Positions 34,811 to 45,955 of a stretch of DNA of 64,000 nt are shown piece after piece (within the stretch, counting starts at the first letter, position 1; each line of letters opens with the position of its first letter). The DNA is taken from positions 117,738,001-117,802,000 of the forward strand of contig NC_082706.1 in assembly GCF_030144855.1 (NCBI RefSeq), written 5' to 3'. The translations under genes and the position numbers were made by a program. The notes below the pieces were generated by a model, which saw only the letters and a program-made list of their open reading frames with translations, was not told the DNA's origin and did no database searches. Source of the stretch: Hypanus sabinus. Taxonomy: Eukaryota.

Positions 34811-37511
34811 TTAATAGTCCGTAGTGGTCCCCAGTATACTGATGTGGAGGACTCAGTGATTGTAATTCATGGAATATCAAGGAAAGGGATGGATTCTCTC
34901 ACAATCGAGATTGGTATTGCCTGACATCTTCATAGAGCAAAGGTTGATTGTCATCCAGCAGGCTATGTTTGTTGTCTGGTCTTTCCTGGGATTGCCTCTT
35001 TTCATGGAGACGCAAATGGAATTGAATTTGATGCAGTAATAAGTAAGCATTCCCCTTCTGACCGTATGAAGAATGGGAGGTCATTGATGAAGCAGTTCAA
35101 AGTAGTTGTACCTATGATTTGATCTGAAGAGCTCTTGCAGTCATGCCCTGGGTTAGGACGAATGATACTAGGTCTTTATAACTTTGAATATACAGTAAGA
35201 GCATGGGAAGGTACATCTGTTGCTGATACCTGTGGCCATCACCAAATTCATGTCCTTGTGTCAGCTACAGGTTTTTGATCACCTCAACTGGCATGACATT
35301 CATCAAAACTTCAAGGCTGCCCAAGTTTACTGATACATCCACTTTCCATTTCTTCTTTTTCCATAGAGAGTGTAGGTACATCCATACCACAGCAGATCTC
35401 ATGGTTCCAAAATCCATTGAAGTACTTGCACTAAAATTGATGTGTGCCGTCTCTGGAAACAGAACAAATATGTTACTAGAGCAGATGAGTTAAATCCAAT
35501 TCATCAAAATGCCACTTCTCCCAAATGCCATTTGAGCATATACAGGTAGTGCAATTTAAATGGAAGTTAAAATTTATCTTCATGACTTCCACCAGTAAGA
35601 GTTTTTATTTGCTTCTGAGTCTCAGTATTTTCCAACCTAATTAATTCATAGATGTGACAATGCTTACACCTGTGGTTGTCCTGATTTCCAGTAACTCTGA
35701 CATTTTGCTCCTTTCACTGGATGGGCTTCCACCAGAATAATTGCAGGCAGAGACACAAAAATTGTTTCAGGGTAACTGAACTTTCATACCCAACCCATTT
35801 AGGCAAATCCATTCAATTTACAAGCTTCAAGCAACTCGGTTACTTCTTTCAATAATATCTTTAAACTCCCTCAAATCAACTATGTCAGCTTAAACTAGAA
35901 GCCAATCCAAACATGTGTGCCACTTCCACAATAGTCAATCAATAAGAAGCAGCCGTCAGCACCAGTAATTTCATATCTAATTGATAGCTAGTTTGTCATT
36001 CAAACCACTCTATTCGTACTTGTGCTATAAATAACCTCAGTTAATTCAGTGCTTACCTACGCATCCATCCATTTCAATTTAAGCTTATATTCTTGTGGAT
36101 GTCTGCAGCTTAACTCAATTTCCTGCTGACAGCGGGGTGGGGGGGGGGGAGGGGTGGTTATGCTTTTAATTTACTTTCGTTTTACTTTCTTTTGGTGGAA
36201 ATATTTTAGAGTGTTGTTTCAGATTTTGATCTGATCCACAGCACATTGCAAAAAGGGCAAATATGAGTCTCCAGGACATACATATCGTATATCCATCTCC
36301 TGTCCATTCACCCTATCTAAAGATATTATCCTTTTATCAGGTGTTGCCTTCTGCTTCATATCACAAGATTTAAATTTGAAATGGAAATCATCCCCTACAT
36401 TTACTTGCAAAGCTCCTTCCTGGAACAGAATGCTTCAATAAGTTGTTGTCGAGTTGTCAAGAGAATAGCTATATCCAGTAATATTACTTTCATAGGCAGA
36501 TCTGAAACTGAATGTAAATTGAGATCTTTTTCAGATAAACAGAACCTGACACATGTAATAATATTTTGGTGGTTTAATTAGTATCATATATTTTGTTCCA
36601 CAGGGAAATGTGAAAATTGCCTTGGGTTTAATTCTCATTGTTAACTCACCATAAAGGTGACTCTGATTCATGACAGAAATGCTCATAAGCACATCAATGA
36701 ACATTTTCTCTTTTCTTGTACCTGAAATAAGCCATCTGAAGGATTTCTTTTTCTGATTCATCTAAAGTGTGCACAGAATCAAGACTCCTGCCATGTTTTG
36801 AACTTTAGTTCATTCTCTACTCTAGATGTCCTGATTTTATTCAGCTTATTTTTATCCCAGACAGCCTGCAAGCATTTAACAATTCTTGACTGTTTAATCT
36901 TTCTCCCATCACCATTCACACCCCTCTTCATGACAGTAGCGCAGAAGTGGAAATTCCTGGGAGTTTTATAACTCACACAATGATCCCAGAGCATACCCTC
37001 AACGGTCAAGAAAACTCATTAACACCTCTACTTTTTGGGGAGGCTGAGGAGAACTGTAGTATGCATAGTACTAGTCAGGACCTTCTGCAGATGCACAGCT
37101 GGAAACATCCTAACATGCTGCATCACTGTGATACTGCACAGACGCAGACAAAAGGTTTCTACATTGGGTATAATGCAACCCTGCCACCAGCCTAACTGCC
37201 ATCAAGGACGTATGTACAGAAAAGTGCCAAAAAAGCCCACAATATCATGAAGGATGTCATACATCCTGCCAATGAATTGTTCATCACACTCCCATCAGGA
37301 AAGAGGTTTTACAGCATACATACCAGGACCACGAGACCATTTCCCCCAAGCCATCAGACACCTCCGCCCATGAACTCACCCCACACCACTACATACACAT
37401 CCTCTCTATACCTCCTCAGTACCCTTCATCTCCCCATGTACTACCGCTCTAAGCTTATATTCTACATCTCATATCTACCATTGACCCCTTCACTGAAAAA
37501 TCGTGTTTTCA

Positions 37512-38076
37512 TGCACTCAGAGGCAACTTTATTAGGTAGAGGAGATACCTAATAAAGTGACCGCTGAGTGTACGTACATGGTCTTCTGCTGCCGTAGCCC
37601 ATCTACTTCAAGTTTCGAAATTTTATGCATTCAGAGAAGCTCTTCTGCACACCACCAGGTGTCACTTTCTTGTCAGTTTGAACCAGAATGGCAACTTGCC
37701 CCTGATCTCTCTCATTAACAAGGCAGTTTTGCATTTTTTATCCACAGGCCTGCCACTCACTGGATGTGTTCGTTTTTTTTTTGTTCTCTGCACTATCTAC
37801 TGTATTAAGTCTAGAGAGTGTTGTGTATAAAATTCTCAGGAGATCAGCAGTTTCTGAGATACTCAAACCACCCCATCTGTCACCAACAATCATTCTACGG
37901 CCAAGGTCACAGATCAGATTTCTTCTCCAGTCAAGTGTTTGGTCTGAACAACTGAACCTCTTGACCACGTCTGCATACTTTTATGCATTGAGTTGCTGGC
38001 ACATGATTGGCTGTTTAGATAGTTGCATAGAAGAGCAGGTGTACAGTTGTACCTAATACAGTGGCCACTGGGTGAA
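37512..38076 (-). mobile_element. Internally deleted Tc1/mariner DNA transposon (MITE-like)
   Basis: TIRs of type CACTCAGTGGCCACTTTATTAGGTAC at 37514-37538 and 38049-38074; ORF 37738-37968(-) MIVGDRWGGLSISETADLL...TTLSR matches the Tc1 transposase N-terminal HTH. Confidence 0.85.
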
Positions 38077-38263
38077 TGCGCAGCTGCTACCTAGGAGAGT
38101 TCCTCTTGTCAAGAGTCACTTTGTTGGTTTATTATTACCTGTCCGAGTCACCTTTGGTTCAGAAACTCCAGCACCAAGGTCATTTTATGAATCTGTACAT
38201 GTAACATATCAATGTCTATAAACTAATCTTCTGTATATATGGCCACATACAATATTTACTTCT

Positions 38264-39215
38264 TGTCATAAGGTGGGCATTGGGAATCAACCCAAATGCA
38301 AGACACAGACACTGAAGTACTAAGGAAAGGACTAGGTGAGTCCAAAAAGCAAGGGAAGTGGGGAAGAAATGACACCGTGCAAGATACAGGCCCTGGTCAA
38401 GACAAGGATGCAGGGACTGGGCTAGGAAAGTGGGATCTGGACACAGAACTTGGAAGTAGGAACCTGGAACCAGGAACTCAGAACCTGGACAAGGACTCCG
38501 AGCCGGAGACTGGACAGGGACCCGGAACCTGGGTCTTGACTCGGGCTCAGACTCCAGATCCAGGTGAGGACAAGACATGGCAAGGTAACAGGACTGGATG
38601 TGGGGGCAGGACGTGGGACTCCTGGGCTGGATGAGGACATGGAGCTCAAACTTGGACGAGGGAGACTAGAACACAGAGCCTCAGTCTTGGGAGACAGGAA
38701 CACAGAACAGAGTGCCAGGACCCCTCCTTGGGAACAGGATGTAGGGCTGGGATTCATACACAGAAAGCTGACCTGCCTAGCAAAGGCAAGGACATAAAGT
38801 GACAGTTCCAAACAATGAAAGACAGTTCCTTTTCTGGACACAGCAAGGCTCCAGTCTTGCTCCAGCAGTAGAACTTGACAGCAAGAATAGGTGAAGATCC
38901 AGGCACAAGGTAGCAGGCAAGGCTCCAGCCAAGGGCTACAGAAAGAAGGGGAAGGGAAGGGAACAGCCCTCCCTCAGGGTAACAGCAAAGACAGCCTGGC
39001 TTACCCAGTGGAGACAAGGACAGGAAGGGACAGATCCAACCACAGGAGGACAGCCAGACTTACCCACAGAAGCAAGGACAGGATACTGACAAGAACCCAG
39101 GGCCACTTATATTCCCAGCTTCAAGACGAGAATCAGGTGCCTGTGATTAAGCCCAACTGAAACAAAAGACAGCCAGAAGACCCGGAGTACGGAGTCCACG
39201 GACCGAACCATGCCA
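38264..39215 (-). mobile_element. Solo Gypsy-type LTR with internal degenerate short tandem repeats
   Basis: TGTCA...TGCCA termini; 5-bp TSD cttct/cttat; caggtg and TATA-like motifs near the right end; GGAACCT/GGACT-like repeats at ~38430-38640. Confidence 0.7.
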
Positions 39216-39963
39216 CTTATACCTTTTGTTGAATGGGATAACTTTTATATTTATCATTACTGTGTTTTATTATGCTTGTTGTGTTTGTTATGCTGCATCA
39301 GACCTGGATTAACAATCATTTAGTTCTTCTTTATACTCGTGTACTGGAGAATGACAACAACAACAACAACGATAATAAGCAATCTGGAATCTTGAATATT
39401 GAATGGTTCTTTATCAGTTTTTTTTTTATTGGCTTTGTTCTTTCAAGTTAGTCTTTCAATTTTATTTCCATGATATGTTTTGTTTCCAATCTGGAGTATC
39501 ATGTGAAGAGGTTACAAGTTCAGTAACTGGAACAGCTGATGTACACTAAATTTCTCATTAATTGCCTCGGGCATATTACCTTACCTATTTCAACAAATTT
39601 CTTGCAGTATTTTTGCTGTCATTTGATATGACTGTCCTTCTGTTGGGGATGAGATAACCTTGATGCAGAATTTAATGTTTTTTGTATCAAAGATAAGGAA
39701 AAAATATTGATAAGAAATGAAAAATTGCCCTTTTGTTGAAATAAATCCTTGTTTATGTCAATGCAATAGGATAGTGGTGAATTGTCTGACATGTTTACAA
39801 AGCACAGCAGCAAGTAAATTCAATTTTGAATGTTCTCCGGTTGGTAATTTATTTCTGGAAATGAAATGTGTGGCTTCTCGGGGTTAGCCTGCAGCCTAAA
39901 ACGCTTTATCAGAGAGTAGAATTTCACATTGGTCTGTCACTTTAAGACATTTTCCAGGGTATT

Positions 39964-39973
39964 CCTTATAAGG
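39964..39973. promoter_or_regulatory. Perfect CArG box (SRF site) in a candidate promoter
   Basis: CCTTATAAGG = CC(A/T)6GG, in unique sequence ~80 bp upstream of TATAAAA (40051-40057). Confidence 0.45.
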
Positions 39974-40223
39974 AAGTTATAGAAAGAGATATATCAAGAA
40001 TTTAGAGTGGACAGGTTGTCAGTTGGTAATTATTTTGGAGCTGGTTTATATATAAAATGGATAACTATAATACCTTAACCTTAATACATTTATTAAGATT
40101 CAATATGTTCATATCAGAATATTTATGTTCAAGCCTAAACGTTTACGCAGTGGTTGCTTTTTTCAAGTTCTCGGGACAGCCTCATCCAAAGCAAGCCCGC
40201 CACACGGCTCTGTTTTCCAACAG

Positions 40224-40249
40224 GAGCTCAGAACATGAGTTCCATAAAG
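40224..40249 (+). other. Candidate 26-nt exon, or 3' end of a first exon, containing ATG AGT TCC ATA AAG (MSSIK)
   Basis: Acceptor ctctgttttccaacag|, ATG at 40235 with A at -3, donor AAG|GTAGGA at 40249/40250. Confidence 0.35.
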
Positions 40250-41064
40250 GTAGGACGAACAAAGAGAGACCACTAAATCCCCTTTTTATTACACATTCAA
40301 TTTAAATTTTGTGTTCAAATTAACTAATGAACTACTGGTTTAACCTCACCACACGTTTAGGAACTGTGATAGGTATTCAGCTTCTTGACCTTTAGAAAAA
40401 ATGTTTTCACTCACAAACTTTCCTAAATAATTGTGATCAATAGACTGATGCTCTGGGGGCACTCTGTCTCTTGCCTGACAAATAGATATTGCTGTTAGTG
40501 TCATGTCACTGAAGAATCTGCAGTTGTCACATACCCTGTTGAACAGTCTGATGTTTGTTGTGATACTGAGTACACTTGCAGTCAAAGAACACATCAGGCT
40601 TTTAATCTAAATGTGCTGTAAATTTACTTGGTCATGTACATCCCGCACTATAACAATGTGATCCATGTGTAAACAGATTTCCTCAGTAGTATAAAAATAT
40701 ATATAGATTGGAAACACTAGCAACCACAGAAATACCAATTTTCTATTGGTCTGTATCAGTTTTGCTTGGAAGATTCACAACTTAAATGTGATCATTAGTC
40801 AGAATTATCTTTACCATGGAATGAGCCTTAAAGTCATAATCACGAAGTTATGAAGTTATACAGCATGGAAGTAGAGGTATTGGCCTAACCTATCCCTGCT
40901 GACCAAGGTTGGGCCAATGGGTCTACCTCTCTAGCAGGTTGGGCCAGTTCCTTCCAGATCCCTATTCTTCATGAACATGTTCAAAAAAAACTCCCAAACA
41001 ATGCAGTACTACCTGTCTCTACCATCTCCCCTCTGGAATTCTTTGTCTTACAAAGCACATCTTG

Positions 41065-41390
41065 TGTTAGGGTCACCCCTTCAGAGTGGGACAACCCAGG
41101 CATCTTCCCTGGTGGTCTTTTCTCTGCATCTCCTACCAAAAGCCCTCAAACCAGACTATTTTCCTTCGGAAATCTCATCCTGCTCAGCTCTCTCAACTGT
41201 TCCATGGCATCCCACCAGACAGAAAGTTAAACACGTACCAAAACAATCCAGATTGGCTGACACATTACTCAGTTGGACAACATAGCTCCTTGTCTTTAGC
41301 TGAATCTGAAACAATCCTACTTTAGCAGAAAATTGCTAAAATGAAAATAACTCACAGCATAGCTGTAGAAATCTTAACCAGGGCATTACA
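41065..41390 (-). mobile_element. Partial LTR related to the PNMA-gag Gypsy LTR at 12265-13008
   Basis: Ends aaatcttaaccagggcattaca versus aaatcataaccagggtgttaca at 12987-13008, with similarity upstream. Confidence 0.65.
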
Positions 41391-44300
41391 CCTATTTAAG
41401 CCAGGCAGCCTCAAACAGCTGCACCTAGCCTTGAGTTACCTTGTTGCCTATGCTGCTTAGTACCTGTTCTCTCTTGTTTTGTGGCCCTGCACAGCTTGCT
41501 GTTTTGCAATTTATTGTGTAAGTTATTGCTCACCACTAAATCATCTCTACTGCTCTGCTTTTGGGTCGATCCACCTCTGCATTTCCTGACAGGATTAGAA
41601 AACCCGCAATTGATCCAGCATAGTATGCTCGCCTAAGGGATGTCTTCTGTCAAGATGAGCGCATGTCACAGAAGCAGTAAGAAACGATTGTCTATCGGCT
41701 CACCACTGTCAACCAACCCTCTGTTTTGATACAGAAGCCACATGTAGGTCAACCTTCTCCCTCGGAGCCCCAGATTCCAGTGTCCAAATACTTCAATGGA
41801 TCCCCAACTCGGTGCCATAAATTTCTCTCTTAGTGTGTCTTGCACTTTGAGCTCCAGCCATTTCTGTCAGGCCTGCACAAGCAAGCACCTCCCAGTCTCC
41901 ACCAGCTAAAGGGAATCACCTGCCATTTATTTCCAACTCACTACCTGCAGCCTATTTAAACCCAGTTCTACAGCACAGTCCATTGTTCACCCATCAAAAG
42001 AGCAGTTGCTCCTAAGCATCGAGTTGAATACTTTGCCTGCATCATGGCTCACATTCAGAGCTGGATTACATGGTGGAATTCAGGATCTTTGTGGTGGAGT
42101 GCGGCAGGAATGTGGTAACACTGCTGGCCCATTACCATCAACAGCACCATCTTGCAGAGGTGAGGAACATTCTATTTGGTAAGCTCTCGCCGGCCTCTCA
42201 TTCCAGCACCATAGCTTGACTCATTCTCCTCATCTGCCTCCAAGTCCCATCTGTTCTACACACATCGGAATCTCTGAAGGAGTCTGGCGTAGCAGGCAGC
42301 TTTCTGGACCAGACTGCTGGTGTACAGCTTGAACTTCCTACTGAGCCTATCCCTCATTTATTCTGCATCACGGCCATTGATGGACATCCCTTGGATACAG
42401 GATGGTCAGATTGTGCACATGGCCAGTGTACATGAGCATTGAAGAGCATTTTGAGTCCTACCATTTCCTCCTTACTGACTCACCCAACCCTACTCTCATC
42501 TTGGCTTATTCCTGGATCTCATTCATGACCCTCACTTCATTTAATCATCTGGCTCACTGCTGAGTTGGGTACCAAGCTATCGGACCACCTTCCTGCAACC
42601 TCAGATGACTTCAGCCCGTAGATCCGTGAAGATAGAGGAAACTCTTGAACTCATCTAACGTCTGCTCGAGTACCACACCATAGCCATCGCCTTTAGTAAA
42701 AAGGAAGCCAGCACCCTGCCACCTCACAGATCATACGGCTGTGTATTGACCTCTCCCAAGCAGCACACTTCTCAGAGGACATCTGTTCTCCTTCTCCCTC
42801 TCCTCTCCTGAAACCCAAGCCACGAATGACAACATTGCCAAAATTGTATGGCACAACTTCATTCAATTATCCCAGTCCTGAGATAGTGCAGGGTTTTTTG
42901 TTAAAAAGAAAGATGGGGTTTTTCTTCCCTGGATTGACTATAGTAGGTTCACCATTACGAACTGATACCCTCTTTCCTTGATGGATAACATACTCAAAAC
43001 AGTCCATGGAGCCCAGATCTTCACCAATCTGAATCTAAGCATTACATACAATCTGATCCACATCTGCCAAAGGGATGTGTGGAAGCAGCATTTATAACAC
43101 TCACTAGTCACTATGAATACTTGATGATGCATTTTGAACTTTCCAGAAGACAATCTGTTTTCCAAGCCTTCACTGACAAGATCTTCCAAGACTCGCTACA
43201 GAGGTATGTGTTCGTCTACCTCAATGACACCCTCATTCTCTCTACAGGCCCCTAAGTTCATATCTATTACATCTGTTCTGTCTTTCAGTGCCTCAGTGAA
43301 AACCAAATCTACTGCAAGTTAGAAAAATACAAGTTCCACACTCCAGGCATTTCCTTCCTGGGTTACATCCATTCACCCCAAAACATAACCATTGACCGAG
43401 GGGAAGTGTGAGCCATTGTTGAATGCTCTCAAACAAACCCCCTCAAACAGCCACAGTGCTTCTTGGCTTCTCTAAGCTCTACTGCTGTTTCATCAAGAAC
43501 TACAGCCAAACTGCTGCACCTCTCAGCTCCATCACCAAATCACCTACCTCAGGGGTAACCAGGTCACATGCCATGGATCGTACTTTTGAGGAACTCAAGA
43601 GATACTTTGCAACTGCTCCCATTCTCTGCTATCTGAATATCTCTGAATTTTGTTGTAGAGATGGACACATCTGATGTGGGGCTAGGGTCAATAGACAATA
43701 GACAGTAGGTGCAGGAGTAGGCCATTCTGCCCTTCTAGCCAGTACCGCCATTCACTATGATCGTGGCTGATCATACACAATCAGTACCCCGTTCCTGCCC
43801 TCTCCCCATATCCCTTGACCCCGCTATCTATAAGAGCTCTATCTAACTCTCTCTTGAATGCATCCAGAGACTTGGCCTCCACTGCCTTCTAGGGCAGAGG
43901 ATTTCACATATCCACCACTCTCTGGGTGAAAAAGTTTTTCTACATCTCTGTTCTAAATGGCTTACCCCTTATTCTTAAACTGTGGCATTTAGTTCTGGAC
44001 TCACCTATCAGCGGGAACCTGCTTCCTGCCTCCAGTGTGTCCAATCCCTTAATAATCTTATATGTTTCAATGAGATCCCCTCTCATTCTTCTAAATTCCA
44101 GTGTATACAAGCCCAGTCGCTCCAATCTTTTAACATATGACAGTCCTGTCATTCCAGGAATTAACCTTGTGAACCTATGCTGCACTCCCTCAATAGCAAG
44201 AATGTCCTTCCTCAAATTTGGAGACCAAAACTCCAGGTGGGGTCTCACCAGGGCCCTGTACAGCTGCAGAAGGACCTCTTTACTCCTATACTCAATTCCT

Positions 44301-45955
44301 CTTGTTATAAAGGCCAGAATGCCATTAGCTTTCTTCACTGCCTGCTGTACCTGCATGCTTGCTTTCATTGACTGATGTACAAGAACACCTAGATCTCGTT
44401 GTACTTCCCCTTTTCTTAACTTGACTCCATTTAGATAGTAATCTGCCTTCCTGTTCTTGCCACCAAAGTGGATAACCTCACATTTATCCATATTAAACTG
44501 CATCTGCCATACATTTGTCCACTCACCCAACCTGTCCAAGTCACCCTGCATTCTCATAACATCCTCCTGACATTTCACACTGCCACCCAGTTTTGAGTCA
44601 TCGGCAAATTTGCTAATGTTACTTTTAATCCCTTCATCGAAATCATTAATGATTATTGTAAACAGCTACGGTCCCAGCACCGTACCTTGCGGTACCCCAC
44701 TGGTCACAGCCTGCCATTCCGAAAGGGACCCGTTAATCGCTACTCTTTGCTTCCTGTCAGCCAGCCAATTTTCAATCCATGACGGTACTCTGCCCCCAAT
44801 ACAATGTGCCCTAATTTTGCCCACTAATCTCTTATGTGGGACTTTATCAAAAGCTTTCTGGAAGTCCAGGTACACTACATCCACTGGCTTTCCCTTGTCT
44901 ATTTTCATAGTTACATCCTCAAACAACTCCAGAAGATTAGTCAAGCATGATTTTCCCTTCATAAATCCATGCTGACTCGGACTGATCCTTCTACTGCTAT
45001 CCAAATGTGTCATAATTTCCTCTTTTATAATTGACTCCAGCATCTTTCCCACCACTGACGTCAGGCTAACCGGTCTATAATTCCCTGTTTTCTCTCTCCC
45101 TCCTTTCTTGAAAACTGGGACAACATTAGCCACCCTCCAATCAGCAGGAACTGTCCCTGAATCTATAATACATTGGAAAGTGATTACCAATGCATCCACG
45201 ATTTCTAGAGCCACCTCTTTAAGTACCCTGGGATGCAGACCATCAGGTCCCGGGGACTTATCAGCCTTCAGACTCAACAGTCTATCCAACACCGTTTCTT
45301 GCCTAATATAAATTTTGTTCAGTTCATCCTTTACCTTAGTTCCTTTGGCCACTATTACATCTGGGAGATTGTTTGTGCCTTCCCTGGTGATGACAGATCC
45401 AAAGTACCTGTTTAACTCATCTGCCATTTCCTTGTTGCCCATAATAAATTCACCCGTTTCTGTCTTCAATGGCCCAATTTTGGTCTTCACTATGTTTTTG
45501 CTATTCACATACCGAAAGAAGCTTTTACTATCCTCCTTTATATTCTGGGCTCGTTTATCTTCATACCTCAGTTTTTTCTTGGCGTATTGCCTTTTTTGTT
45601 ATCTTCTTTTGCTCTTTAAAAGCTTCCCAGTCCTCCGGCTCCCCGCTCATCTTTGCTATGTTATACTTCTCTTTTATTTTTATACCGCCCTTTACTTCGT
45701 TCGTCAGCCATGGCCACCCCTTACTCCCCTGAGGATCTTTCTTCCTCTTTGGAATGAACCAATCCTGCACCTTCTGCATTATTCCCAGAAATATCTGCCA
45801 TTGTTGTTCCACTGTCCTCCCTGCTAGGGTATTGTTCCATTGAACTTTGGCCAGCTACTCCCTCATAGCTCCATAGTTCCCTTTGTTCAACTGTAATACT
45901 GACACATCCGATTTTCCCTTCTCCTTCTCAAATTGTAGTTTAAAACATATCATAT

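Larger units (their letters stand above)
36990..39405 (+). mobile_element. Rex1/Babar 3' fragment hosting a Tc1 derivative and a solo LTR
   Basis: IMKDVIHPANELFITLPSGKRFYSIHTRTTR; the 3'UTR resumes after each insertion; (ATCTTGA)-like tail at ~39380-39403. Confidence 0.75.

Noticed and set aside
38216-39160. Overlapping G/T/D/P-rich ORFs of 77-139 aa
   Set aside because: Arise from low-complexity repeats within a solo LTR bounded by a TSD
40235-40249. Assigning MSSIK to regucalcin or SGTB, which begin MSSIK in mammals
   Set aside because: The genomic sequence does not continue with either protein, no downstream exon of either was found in the window, and five residues are not diagnostic
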